Shown here: piece after piece, positions 1 through 13,320 of the stretch
How positions within the stretch are numbered: position 1 is the stretch's first letter
Layout: each line of letters opens with the position of its first letter
Origin: Amphiscolops sp. MND2022
Taxonomy: Eukaryota
Direction: 5' to 3'
DNA length: 64,000 nt
Assembly (NCBI GenBank): GCA_964187785.1
Contig: OZ076409.1
Coordinates: 27,468,001-27,532,000 of the forward strand
Notes under the pieces: generated by a model
The model's input: the letters and a program-made list of their open reading frames with translations, nothing else
What the model was told of the DNA's origin: nothing
Databases searched by the model: none
Made by a program: the position numbers and the translations under genes

Positions 1-129
1 GATTTTGTGTTCCCAGTTGGGGAAAATGTAGTTTCCAATTGTTATGTGTATCCTTCGGATGTTTTTCGGCACTGAGAAGTTGATAAAAGTTTAAAAAACA
101 GTGTCTTTTGCATATTCAAGAGACATAGT

Positions 130-1465
130 TGTTACAACTACCTAGCGGAGTGTTATTTTGGGTAGTCAATTTAGTTTTTTATAGGGGTTGATGTAGGTGC
201 AAGGATTGTGTTTTCAGACTTTTCTGACTTCGAGTTTTCTTATTTGAGTTGAGACAAGTAGTTTGAAAGAGTTTGAATTTCCAAAAGAAAATCGTTTAAA
301 CAACGGTGTAAAACAGTGCAACAATGATCAATATTAACTTTGCTGATTTAATTTACAAAACCAACATATTTATACTTTTCTAGCATCATTTGTTCCTCAC
401 CTAAATATTCCTAGGGATCATCAAAATAGATTTTGTTCACACAAAAACCCAGTTGATTCATACTATTTCAGTCCCGCGTCACGAAATCAGGTATCGAAAA
501 TCCTAGTTGCGTCGTCCTTCCGTAACATTTGTTAGAATCATTTTTGTTCAAACGTTACACTTCCTGTTTGAACGTCAAAATGGCTGCAAAATGAGAGCCT
601 GCTTGAAATTTTCATCGACGGAGGCACGCCGGCGTGATCAATTTAGCAAATTCCATATTGGGAATTCAAGTGCTAAAGACAAAAGTATGAGCAGCAAAAA
701 TGACGGCGTATCTGAGACGGAGTAAATAATTTTGAGAGCGGAAACATTTGAATACTGGTGAGTAGGAACAAATGATGCCTGAATAACAGTTTCCAGTTAT
801 TGCCATTATTTATAGCACGAACATAAAAGGACGTAAAAATATCTGAGCTAAACATACAATCACATAAAGACTAAAACAACGGAGACCTTTCGGTCAACAA
901 ATTCCACACTTTGAAAAAAGCTAATCGAACATCGGGTAAAAACATAAACACGGTAATACTTCGATTGACAATTTCGAATCAATAGTATAAATGCAGAACA
1001 CTCAATTAAAACACTGGTATGAAGTTCATCTGAAAGGAAGCATCCATTCATAAGACGTTGTCCTTACGTTGCATTCTATTCTCAAAATCTTTGCACTCAT
1101 CAATTTTTGAGGAAATTTTATACTAAATTGTGCTCAATTCCCTAATTTTGTATTTACAATCGTAAAATTGCTCCGTTGTCGCTCCGTAAGTTTTAAAGTT
1201 AGGCATAGCTGTAATTTTCTCCGTAACTGCTCCGTACGTATTAAAGATAGGCATAGCTGAGCGGTGGCTTACGGAGGTATTACGGCAAGCTTAAAAATCA
1301 TTCCAATTCTCGTACTATTGACGTCACAAAAATTATTCCAAATAACAACACATTGCTAGCATAGCTGTCTTGATGACGTCACAAAAATCATTCCAATTAG
1401 TTCATCGAAGCAAATTTAATTGTAATCGCATTCAAAGCGATAACAGCCGGGAGCGGGCTGTGACA
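130..1465 (-). repeat. 3' LTR of element A
   Basis: tgttacaactacc...gcgggctgtgaca; roughly 90% similar by eye to 2809-4200. The same spurious ORFs recur in both copies (507 vs 3186). Confidence 0.85.
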
Positions 1466-2795
1466 GGACCATTCGGAAAGGAACGATAGTTATATGCGGG
1501 TTTTTGTCATTTCACTTGTTTTTTTTTACATCTGTGGGGATTCGTAGTCTCCTGGGTTCAATACTTTCCTTAATTGATTCTTTGCAGGGCATTCCCATTA
1601 TTAGCAAAACCAATTTGCGGTTTTCTCCTGTGTTACACGAACGTTCTCCAATCGCGTTATTCCTAGATTTGTCTGCAGATTCTCCCTTGCCATTAAGCTT
1701 TGTGATTCTTACCTTAATGAAATGGCCAGTTTCATTATGCAAGTCACAACTTAGATTTTCTGGCGCGCCGATTTGGAATCATATTCACAAGTCCTGGATT
1801 TCTGTCCTTTCGCACAACGTCAGCTTCCCGTTCATGAAGATGTTCTCTCAATCGTTGCTCAGCGTTATACTGATCCGGGTAAAATTGCTACATCTCGTTC
1901 GAGCGAGATGTTTCCCCCCTTTTTTGGAGTAAAAGTGACAGAAATCTTGTCTTTCATTTCTTTCTGTACTGGCTCAATGATCTGTGGGTGTCTTACGGAA
2001 CATTTTAGGAGAGTTGTGTAACGTACAAAACACGGTGACAAGGTTTGCTTGCGTTTGCTGGGTAGGCATTCCTGCATTTATCACTCGACAATTAGTTTGA
2101 AGAAATTTCCACTGTTTCCTGCTATCGATGGAAGACGAAGAAGCTGTTTTCTCTACTCACTGTTGCTGCCACTGGTTTCATCAGTGGGAACGAATTTGTA
2201 TACAATTACTCCGATGATGACGTTGTCGAATCGGAGGTGGAAGTTGCATGTGTTGCTTCAGGTTGGTAAAATCTTTCTGACTTCCATGGGTGTTTGGACT
2301 TTTGTTTTTTGGTGATCAGCCAATTCAGTCTTACCCAATTTCCTGACGCGTCTGAATCCAGATCTTGATTTTCAGTAACTTAACCTGGCACTTCCTCAGC
2401 TGTTCCCGCTTACCATTCTGCTCCACTGTCTTGATTATCACATCATGCAGTCCTTGGCTTAAAGTTTTCTGTTGGGACGAATTTGGTGAAAAAAAATTGA
2501 AGATATCGTGATCCTTTTTTTTTATAAAAGTAATAATTACACGTGTCTTTTTCGACAACAATAGGATGTTCAATGTTGGCACAGTTTTTGAAGGTGAAGT
2601 TCAGTTACTGACTGCTCATTTTCGAGGTCAAAACGTAACAGCAATCGTTACATTCGAAAGTAACCACTTACGATTTCCCTTGGTAATCTCTTCTCGTTCC
2701 GATGTTCTCATTGAGTTTGACTGTCCTCCTTGCTTCTGTTCTGTTCCTGTTGCGCATCTGTTGATGTCGATTTGGTCGTTCGTGGAATCGTTTTT

Positions 2796-2808
2796 ACTCC
2801 TGTCACCA
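2796..2808 (-). promoter_or_regulatory. Primer binding site of element A (tRNA-Leu-like)
   Basis: Minus strand TGGTGACAGGAGT abuts the LTR; one mismatch to the TGGTGTCAGGAGT complement of a tRNA-Leu 3' end. Confidence 0.65.
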
Positions 2809-4200
2809 TGTTATGACTACCTAACGGAGTGGTATTTTGGGTAGTCAATTTAGTTTTTTATAGGGTTTCATGTAGGTGCAATGATTGTGTTTTCAGGCTT
2901 TTTTTACTTCGACTTTTCATATTTGAGTTGAGACAAGTTCTTTGAAAGAATTTGAATTTCCAAAAGAAAATCGTTTAAACAACGGTGTAAAACAGTGCAA
3001 CAATGATCCAAAATAATTTTGCTGATTTAATTTACAAAACCAACATATTTATACTTTCCTAGCATCATTTGTTTCTCACCTAAAAGTTCCTAGGTATCAC
3101 AAAACTCGGGTTTTTTCACACAAAAATCCAGTTGATTCATACTATTTCAGTCCCGCGTCACAAAATCAGGTATAGAAAATCCTAGATGCGTCGTCCTTCC
3201 GTAACATTTGTTGAAATCACGTTTGTTCAAACGATACACTTCCTGTTTGAACGTCAAAATGGCTGCAAAATGAGAGCCTGCTTGAAACTTTTATCGACGG
3301 AGGCACGCCGGCGTGATCAATTTAGCAAATTCCAAGTTGGGAATTCAAGTGCTAAAGACAAAAGTATGAGCAGCAAAAATGACGGCGTAACTGAGACGGA
3401 GTAAATAATTTTGAGAGCGGAAACATTTGAATACTGGTGAAAAGGAACAATCGATGGCGGAATAACAATTTCCAGTTATTGCCATTATTATTAGCACGAA
3501 AATAAAACGACGTAAATATCTGAGCTAAACATACAATCACAAAAAGACTAAAATAACGGAGACTTTCGGTCAAAAAATTCCACACTTTGAAAAAAATTTA
3601 TCAGAACATCGGGTAAAAACATAAACACGTTATTACCTCGATTGACAATTTCGAATCAATAGTGTAAATGCAAAACACTCACTGGAAACACTGGAATGAA
3701 GTTCATCTGAAAGGAAGCATCCATTCATCTGACATTGTCCTTACGTTGCATTCTTTTCACAAAATCTTTGCAATCATCAATTCCTGCGGAAATTTCATAC
3801 TAAATAGTGATCAATTCCCTAATTTTGTAACTACAATCGTAAAATTGCTCCGTAATCGCTCCGTACGTATAAAGGTTAGGTATAGCTTTGCAAGCTTACA
3901 ATTCACTCCGTAGTCGCTCCGTACGTATTAAGATTAGGCATAGCTGTAATTTGCTCCGTACCTGCTCCGTACGTAGTAAAGTTAGGCATAGCTGAGCGGC
4001 GGTTTACGGAGGTATATTGGCAAGCTCAAAAATCATTCCAGTTCTCGTACTAATGACCTCACAAAAATCATTCTAAGTAACAAGGCATTGCTAGCATAAG
4101 TGTCTTGATGACGTCACAAAATTCATTCTTATTAGTTCATCAAAGCAAATTAAATTGTAATTGCATTCAGAGCGATAACAGCTGGGAGCGGGCTGTGACA
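2809..4200 (-). repeat. 5' LTR of element A
   Basis: tgttatgactacc...gcgggctgtgaca; carries one extra copy of the internal gctccgta...ttaggcatagct subrepeat. Confidence 0.85.
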
Positions 4201-4547
4201 AAAGTGTTTTGAAACACTAGCGGAGCGCCGACTTGGGCCGGTTCCAGCTTGTTCATGGATATCGTTAGTTTTGTCACCTTGGCCTAGACCATTGTCAATT
4301 TAGGGTCAATCGAGCGAGAAGGTTTTATTCGCTCTCTGGGAGCACATCCCACAAAGCCTAAATGTACACCAGTTTACACAATTCGTGAGCAGTTTAAGAT
4401 GTTTAGTTAAAGACTCGTTACATATGTGAGCTTTCAAACAGATTTGTACTAGGTGGCCCTCAAAAACAGCATATTTTTGAGCTCAAACCAGGAACCAAGT
4501 ATTACTACAAATCTTGGTGCATCCATGAGCATTTCGGAATCAAAACT

Positions 4548-4738
4548 TGAAATGAAGATGTCATTCACATGACTATTAAGTTCGAAGTACCTGCCTATAG
4601 AAATATCTTTACTATATAACACTTAACGCCGGTGTCAGATAGCTTTCAGTTTGATCTCTTAGCATACATACATTTGAAACACGTCGTTGTGAGATTTCAG
4701 TTTTAATTCAATTCTTAGATTCTCATCGATCTTTTACA
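4548..4738 (+). repeat. 5' LTR of element B
   Basis: TG...CA ends; about 14 differences in 191 bp from the 3' LTR by manual count. Confidence 0.95.
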
Positions 4739-4752
4739 TGGCGCAGTCAGCA
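4739..4752 (+). promoter_or_regulatory. PBS of element B (tRNA-Ser-like)
   Basis: TGGCGCAGTCAGCA immediately after the LTR, complementary to a tRNA-Ser-type 3' end (...GCTGACTGCGCCA). Confidence 0.75.
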
Positions 4753-4757
4753 ATTTA

Positions 4758-7700
4758 ATGGGTACCCCGTTAATGGATACCCACTCAGAGCCGAATACTT
4801 CGGCACAAACGGCCCAATCGGCCGTGAATCAAACAATGATGAATCAAACAGCAGCAGATCGAATGGAGAGAAACAAATTCAAAATTCCGATTTTATCGGA
4901 TACAGAGACCGATTTGACAAAAATCAACCCACGAATGTGGTGGGAACAAATCTCCGAATATATACATCTCACATACAATCGGAATCTGGACGAAATGATG
5001 GACCAAGGCACCGACCAGATGGACCCACATACAGTATATCACATAAAGGGGGATGTTATCTGGGCACTAGGTCTCAAGGCCAAACACGAAACATGAGAGG
5101 CCAATGGGGCAGAGAGCTGAAAGACGTCGACGTATCAGAACTATTGAAATTATTCAAGAAGACATTCATACCCGCGAGAAATGTCTTCCACAGCTGGGCC
5201 CATTTTTTTAATATCAAACAAGAAGAAAACGAAACTTTAGACGCATATTGGAAAAGGCTGGTAGACATTGAAAGAAAATGTGAATTCAACAGAATCACAC
5301 CAGATTAAATTATCACGTACAAATTTGCAGCAACAATTAATGACAAGAAAGCCCGGGACAAATTCATAAAAGGGCCACTGAAACTTCAAATGGTCCTTGA
5401 AACCATTCAGCAAGACAACTACAACTGCAAATACGGAGACAAGAAGACAAACAAAAAGCATAGAAAACCTTCTGGCGATAGCTCGTCAAGCGAAGAACAA
5501 GTCGCAAACACATACCCAGCACGGAAGCGAAAGATAACCGAAACGGGAAAGAAGAAGTTATCAAACCGTAATTGTCACTTTTGCGGCAAACCAAATTGGT
5601 CCTTGGAACACATCTGCCCAGCACGACGAGCACTGTGTAATAACTGCAGGAAAATGGGACACTTTGCCAAAGTATGTAAATCCAAAACCGTCAGTCGGAT
5701 CCAGAAAGAACCAACAACGGACAGCAGCACCAAAACATGGCCAGAAATCGACCACATTCAATCCGTCAATGGCATTAACCGGATTGATTTCTACAAAGCG
5801 ATACTACTGGTCCATGGACAGCGAAAAGAATTCAGTATTGACACTGGCTCTCCGATGACAATAATACCGCCGACAATTAGTCCAATAGATATAAACAAAA
5901 CCACAAAAAGCTTTGTAGACCCAAACAAAAACCCTATAAAATTCAAAGGAGAGTCCATGGTGGAAGTGAGGACGGAAAAAGCAAAGAAACTTTACCCATA
6001 ATAATTACGGAGAACAAAAACACTCAACCTTTGTTGGGACTGGATTGGTTGGATAAATTGGAAATTGGATTACAAGGAAACAGAAACCCGAACATTATCC
6101 GACATAATGAAACTAACGGAAGACGACAGAAGATGATAAACGAATACGAAGACCTATTTAAAAACAACCACGCAATCAAAGACCTGACCATTGAAATTCA
6201 ATTGAAAAAGGACACAAAGTCTATACAACAGAAGGGACGGCCAGTACCAATACACTTCCAAAAAACGGTCAAGCATGAACTTGAAAAGCTAATCGAAAAA
6301 GGACACCTAGAAAAAATGGACAAAACTACGGAAAATTGTTTCATTTCACAGGCCGTCATTTCCATGAAAAAGGACAAATCCGTGAAAATAGCAATTGATT
6401 CAAGAAAATTAAACAAGGCATGTGACAAGAGAAAGGCAGCAATGCCAAACATGAAAGAATTGATCAGCAAAATATCGGCAGAAATTACCAAAAGCAATGG
6501 GGAACTTTGGATGTCAAAGATTGATTTGGATTATGCTTATGGGCAGGCAAAACTATCCAAAGAAGCAGCAAAACATTGTGTGTTCTCGATAATCGGAGGC
6601 GATTTTACGGGCCATTACCGATTCAAGAAGGGTTTTTACGGGCTGTCAGATATTCCAGCCGTATTTCAAGAACACATCGACAAAGTGCTGGAATTTTAAA
6701 CACCAGTCTGGCTGGATGACATTATCTGTGTAACTAATGGATCAATCGACGAACACGAACGGGAAGTGCGGGAAGTACGCAACAAGTTACAAAATGCCGG
6801 CTACAGGGCAAGTGAAAAGAAAACTGATTTTTTAAAACAAGAACTAACTTGGTTGGGCTACCACATAAACCAAAACGGAGTAAAGCCGATAAAAGACAAG
6901 ACAGAAGCAATAACGAAACTGAGTCTCCAAAGAATGCCAAAAAATTCAAATCCTTCTTGGGTTCAATACAACATTTGTCAAAGTTCATAAAAAATTTATC
7001 CAAAAAACCGACAGAATGAAAAAGCTGTTGAAGAAAGAAACTCGTTGGGAGTGGGCACCCGAAATAAATGAAGATTTCGAGATTTTGAAGAAAGAAATAA
7101 CAGAATCACCATGTCTTGCCCACTTCGACCGAAAGAAGGACAACTATGTGACGACAGATGCTTGTATTACGGGGCTGAGGGCAACACTCTGGCGAAAAGA
7201 AGGAAAAATATTCAGACCAATCGCATTCGCTAATATGTTCCTCACTGATTGGGAGAAAAAAACACTATTAAAGAACTAGAATTGCTAGGAGCGTTATGGG
7301 GGTTAGAATATTTCAGATATAACAATTACGGGAAAAAATTCAACCTATTAACCGATCATAAAGCACTTCAACCGTTGTTAAAAAGAAATAGGGCGCACAA
7401 GCAATACAGCGCTAGGTTAACACGGTGGTTAGATAGACTGAGCCATTTCGATGTAAACGTTCAATATACTGCCGGAAAAAACCTTCCGCTGACAAATTAC
7501 TTAAGTCGACGCCCGATCGTAAACACCGCTGAGAACGAAACCGAGAAATACGTAAGCAGTCGAACCGAAACGGAATCCGAAGAAGAATTCGTAATAAATC
7601 AAACACACGGCTTATTCGGTTTTATTCAAACGAACGGAAGCATAAAGAAATTCACAGAACGAACAAAACCGAGACAAAAAATTGACCAATCACAACACGA

Positions 7701-10128
7701 CATACGCAAGCGTGAACAGAATAAACAAAATCACTTGCTTGAAGCCTCATTACCATCGAACAGTGTTAATCCAACTTTGAAACTTTCAAATCTCAATCAA
7801 TCCGCATCAGAAGCCAGAATGGATAAAGTCAACGGCATTGATATGCGTTTTATTTATTAAAAGCGTTTTATAAAAAAAGCGGTCATTCCCCAAAAAAAAT
7901 TTACCGACTCTGGACCGAAAGGAAAAGACTCTTGAAGCCGGAAAAGAATAGAATAGTCGGAAAAGGAAGCGATCATGAAAGACTGCAAGAATACCGGCCC
8001 AGACAGCAAGCACGGAAACGAATAGTGGAATTAAATATAACCGCTTCTTCCACTATTGCGAAACCCTGGGAACAACGCCGTTGAAAGAAATTCAACAAAA
8101 TAACCAGGAATCCTGGGTTGTACAAAACTGATCCGACAACGAAAACCAAGTGAGCAACATAAGACATGAAAAGTGCCCAACAAATGCAATAAAGAAATTC
8201 CGCAAGCACGAAACCGTCAATTTGATCCGACTAAAGCAGACAGTCAAAACAAACAGAATGGACGATGAGCATAACGAAAACTTGGAAGAAACAATTAAAA
8301 AAGCGGAGAAAGATTTTGCTCTCGACCTACCGATGCTTGTGGACGATACGGCCAGAGACGTAAAGATAATCAGTGCCATTCCTGCCCTCGAAAAAAACCA
8401 ACCCGAAGACATATTCTACCCGTACCGCACACATAGAAGCCATTTACCTACGAGATTTGGCCTCATGTTCTACAACAAAAAGATCGTCTTACCAGAAGCC
8501 ATGCGAACAACAATCATCGCCATGATCCATCAAGGACACCCCTCCGCAGCTAAAATGAACCAATCAGCGGCAGCGTTCTGGTGGCCCGGTATTTATCAAG
8601 AAAAACGGGAGAAAGCGGAAATTGTCCCAGCTGCAGAGCCTCAGGTAAGAACCTCGTAACACAATTACCGTCCACCGAGAAAAACAAGCTAAAAATTTTT
8701 TCTGAACCGAACCAAGAAATCCAATTGGACTTTGCTGGTCCAATTAAATCAAAGACTCGCGGCGACGTAAATATTTTGGTAGCCCTCGACCGATTTAGTG
8801 AATGGCCAACGGCACAAATTTGTAGAAATACCGATTCACGGACAGTTTTAAAATTTTTAACGAAATATTGCTCAGACAACGGAACACCGCGGAGTATACG
8901 CACCGACAACGGTAGTTGTTTTAAAAGTATCGAACTCAAAGAATTTTGTAACCGAGAAAACATAAAACGCCTTAGATGCACACCGAATTTACACACCGGT
9001 ACCGGCCAAGGGCAAAGTGCTATTCGGACAATTAAGTCGCTCACTTGAGCAATTATGGCAGACGGTTTAATATTTGAAGGAAGTGCTAATTTAGCGATCA
9101 AAACGATCAGACAAACTCCGCACAGTAAATTAAATATGACGCCATTCCAGATGCATTTCGGACGAAAACCTCGCACAACAATAACTAATCTAATCGGACA
9201 ACCTGAATGTCTCTTGTCTAATTGGAAAAAGACACTTACCAATTATATTTTAGCACAACCAACGGAGCTTCAGATGTTTACCATAAACGATTCTGAAGGA
9301 GAAATGGCTGATTATATCGTCCTCACCGATTCCAAGAAACGAACCAGACCGGTAAGCCGGGAATTTAAACAGTTCCAATTTTCCGAAAAGGAAAACATAC
9401 CAAATGCTTTGAAATGTAGACTCAAAACCAATAAACCGCTAACAGCGGTAAAAGAAGCTAAACATACCATAACCACATCTGAAGGGAGAATAATACGTCA
9501 AAAACTAGCGTCAAAACCAATAAAATTTCAGCTCTCAAGAAAATCGGAAGAAAGACGAAAGCCAACCAACCGAAGTAGCAGATGTGGAAAGTTCTGTCAG
9601 GGAGAGTACTGCGACACTCACAAATGGGTATACGGAATCCCAAGAGACCCACAACAGCCATCCAGTAGCCACACTCTACCGACAATGCCGCAGAAAAGAT
9701 CAACTTACGGCGATATCCTCGAAACAAATGAGGACATGGACATTTCAAAATCACAAACCGACACACTGGCGGACGAAATCCAGAAAGATCAAAGCCCCAC
9801 CGTAGAGAAAATACCATCGGAGGAAGACAACACGCCCGAAACAAATACGCCGTCGCTTGCCACACCAATCCAGTGCAGTGCCAGCCACGGTCTGTGTCCG
9901 TCCCAGAAGGGAGATGAACCACCGACCACGCCGATACGCGCAACCGTTACTGCCGAAGGGCCGCCGGAAGTGGGAGTAACAAACAAAGATAAAAGTAAAG
10001 TCGAAACTAAAGAGATAAAATTAAAAAACAGTAAAGTAACATTTGAACAACCAACTGATCTTCGCAAATCAGATAGGATAAGGAGCGCCAGGTGAACCGA
10101 GAAAGTGGGAGGAGTAGAGTATTTTTAA
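4758..10128 (+). pseudogene. Disrupted gag-pol of element B
   Basis: Double Zn knuckle CHFCGK..HIC / CNNCRKMGHFAKVC; protease IDTGS; RT KIDL..AYGQ, GFYGL, WLDD; RNase H TDAC, ELE, TDHKAL; integrase H-H-C-C zinc motif, QLDFAG, IRTDNG. Many stops and frameshifts split it across ORFs 4758 to 9055. Confidence 0.93.
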
Positions 10129-10274
10129 CTTGAGTAGTCATTTAGGAACCATATCGAGCCCACTTCGAAGATTTCTGGAAACACCCTTCCCGAAGCTAAA
10201 GAAAGACGCCCCACAACAAGCAGGCCAAATCTCCAAGGGATTCTCTGCAAGTCAGGACTGGTTTCCCTAACTGC

Positions 10275-10285
10275 AAAAGGGGGAA
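10275..10285 (+). promoter_or_regulatory. Polypurine tract of element B
   Basis: AAAAGGGGGAA directly before the 3' LTR. Confidence 0.9.
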
Positions 10286-10476
10286 TGAAATGAAGATGTC
10301 ATTCACATGACTATTAAGTTCGAAGTACCTGCCTATAGGATCATCTTTACTATAGAACACTTAACGCCGGTGCTAGATAGCTTTCAGTTTGATCTTTTAG
10401 CATACATACATTTGAAACATGTTGTTGTGAGATTTCAGTTTCAATTCAATTCTTTTTATCTCATCGATCTTTTACA
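10286..10476 (+). repeat. 3' LTR of element B
   Basis: Matches 4548-4738. Confidence 0.95.
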
Positions 10477-11199
10477 AAACTGAGTCTATGTTGCATCGTA
10501 GAAGTCATTGAGATAGTTAGTTGTTGGTCAACAAATTCGGAGTGAAACTATTATTAGCTTTGCCTCGATGCATGTTGATGTAATTATGTTTAAATAGAGT
10601 AGACTGTTCTATCTAGAATGATTTTTAGTGAGTTCACCACAATCTGAAATAACTAGCTGTCCATCAAAAAGTGCGAAAAGCATTTTTATAATGACTATGA
10701 TTAAAGAATTGGATGTTGGATGAAGATTTGCTGATTCACGTTCATGATAACTGCAAATTTGTCTGATAGTATTGACGAAACTGATGTTGTTCTGAATAAT
10801 TGACAAGCAACGAAATGCGAAGACGTTTGGCACATTGATGACTAATGTTCAGTAAAAAATTCTCGTGGTCGATAATGTTTCGCATTCCAGCAACTTTTAA
10901 AAAAGCTATAATGAAGCTCTTTTTTTACACTAGCTGATTTAGACAATTTTTCACAAACAACATCAAAAATCTCAACACTCTTTTCGAGTTTGTCTGATTC
11001 AAGGGCATGAGTTTCATCAAGAAGGTTTCAAACAGACATTTGATCCAAAAAGTAAACCTTCAAGAGAGTTTCATTTAAAAATGAATGTTGATATCGAGCC
11101 CAGTGTATTACGACTTAGTATGCTGAAAGTTTCATATTTGACTGAATTTTTTTTATTTTCAACCCATATTCCACATGGAAAAGAAAAATTTTAAATCAA

Positions 11200-13320
11200 A
11201 CGTTTTTTCATATTCAACTTCAAGGGAGTCTGATTTTTAGACTTTTTTGAGAATGACGAAAAAAACCCTTTATTGACCCAAAATGACATCGTGGATTAGA
11301 ATGTTGAAAAACTTACAACACGGCAAGCATTCGTTGTTCAGTAGTATTTTACAAAGAGATTAATGAAGCTTTCGAAAGAAAAATGACCCCAAAAAAGACA
11401 AAAATGTAAAATATCCTGACTTAAAACGTTTATGTGCATTTTTTGTCAAACTTTCGATAGACTTCGTGCACTAGAATTTCGAAAATGTTCACAGGAAAGC
11501 ATTCGTTGTCCAGTAGTCTTTTGTGAGAAGATAAGTGCAATTTTCTAGAGAAAAAGTCTCGAAATGACACCGAAGTAGACAAAAAAGTAATCTTTTCCGT
11601 TTTTCAAAGTTTTCATGCAAATTTTGTCAATTTTTTGAGGGACTCCGTAAAATTGAACGTTGAGAAGTGTCAACAAGAAAGAATTAGTTGTCTAGTTGTA
11701 CTTTATGAAGAGATAAGTGCAAGTTTCGTACGAAAAAGATCAAAATCAGAAAAAATCCTGACGTTTAAGGTTTTTTTCCATTTTTTTTCCGGGAGACTTC
11801 GTGGATTTAAAATTTCAAATTGTCGAACAGTGAGAGCACTGGTTGTTTCAGTACGCATTCGTCAAGAGATAAATACACATTGAAAAAATGCCACAATTTC
11901 ATCCGGATAATGTCCAACAATTTTATGTTTCTATCGTTTTTATTGCAATTTCTGTACAAATTACGAGATATTCCTTGGTTTAGAAGTTCCAACACGTTCA
12001 AAAGCGAGAACGCAAGCTATGCAGAATCTTTTTTGAGGGGAACGTTTCAGCATGACTCCAATTGAGTCGGAAAAACGAAAAACTCCAACATCTTCAGGTT
12101 TTAATGCATGTTATGTGTACTTTTTGAAATGTTTTGGAGTCAGAATGTTAATAACGTTCAAACTGACTGAACTCAAAATCTTGTATTGTAGGGTTTCTCA
12201 GGACATATTTACCAGATTTGCAGACTTCGGTTGGAAAATTGCTCGAAATTGACAGCAAAAAGTTGAAATTGTCAACATTCTCGCCAATCTATGACATTTT
12301 AATTAGTTTTTTTTCCGAGATTAGACGGTTTCGGTAGAGTAAAAGCTTAGAAAAACTCGATATGACTTAACTAGGTTTGCAACAAACTTTTGGAGAAAAA
12401 AAATTTCATTCCAAAAACTAGAGTTCCAAAAAATTCCCCAGAGTACGTCAAAAAATAGAATATTCCAGTTTTTCACTTCTTCATCCAATTTTTGTGCAAT
12501 TTGTGAGCAACTTCCACGCGTATAATGGCCTAAAACTTCAATATTGAATAAACCCGGTATCAGACGTTTTAGAATATATAACTGCAGTTTTTGTTGGATA
12601 TGGTCTCAAAAACACATCAAAACCCAAAATAAGACAAAAAACGTTTTGGACAAATTAATGCATTTGTTGATCAAACCACAAAACAATATGTAGAATAAAA
12701 CTTCCATTGACCTGGACGTTGAAACAAAAGTGTATTTAATTTGCCATTTCCGAAACATAAGAGAATGAAGTTTCTCGAATATGACAACAAAGCTGTCAAA
12801 AATTCAGATTAGTCTCAATTTTTGAGAACAAAGGCTATTTTTTTCCGCCTTTTACTTCAACCAGAAAATCTATATCACAAAATAAATTCGAACGTGTAGC
12901 TACCGGTAATGTTTCGAAAAGATATCGGACAAGTTCATTCAGACAACTTTCAATACATTTCACTTGAAAACGTGAAATTCTTCTACGACCTCAATTGTCA
13001 AATTTTTAGTTTTCAATGAGCTCCAAACAACGTCTCTGGGTATGGAGTTGTTCTTCAAAAACAAACGTTTTTGCAGTTTCCCACTTGAGACGAAATTATG
13101 AGGATGACTCAAAACTCAACAAGTTTTTGACGTTTTCTCACATTTTTTCAGCAAAAAGGTTGAGCTATTTTGTGAGTTAGAATGGTGTAAACCTTCGCCA
13201 ACAACAACACTCGGTGTCCAGTAGGCATTTCAGAAGATACATCTGCTGTTTCATCGTAGAAAAGTTCCTCACATTGACCCGAATTTCTCGAAAAATCTAA
13301 GTTTTCCAATTGTAGACGGT
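11200..13320. repeat. Degenerate ~170-185-bp satellite array
   Basis: Motif tcgttgt(c/t)cagtag recurs at ~11331, 11502, 11685 and 13211; it is the reverse complement of the array at 57.7-60.4 kb. Boundaries approximate. Confidence 0.6.

Larger units (their letters stand above)
130..4200 (-). mobile_element. LTR retrotransposon A, non-autonomous or internally deleted (long LTRs, 1.34-kb degenerate interior)
   Basis: Two ~1.35-kb direct repeats with TG...CA ends (130-1465, 2809-4200). Flanks atagt (125-129) and aaagt (4201-4205) form a 5-bp TSD with one mismatch. A PBS directly follows the 5' LTR on the minus strand. No RT/integrase motifs and no PPT inside. Confidence 0.8.
4548..10476 (+). 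mobile_element. Ty3/Gypsy (Mag-like) LTR retrotransposon B, full length but decayed
   Basis: 191-bp LTRs tgaaatgaag...ttttaca at 4548-4738 and 10286-10476; TSD AAACT at 4543-4547 and 10477-10481; PBS and PPT present; domain order gag-PR-RT-RH-INT. Confidence 0.97.

Noticed and set aside
507..3585. Paired 72-aa ORFs as duplicated genes
   Set aside because: They lie inside the two LTRs of element A and show no recognisable protein features.
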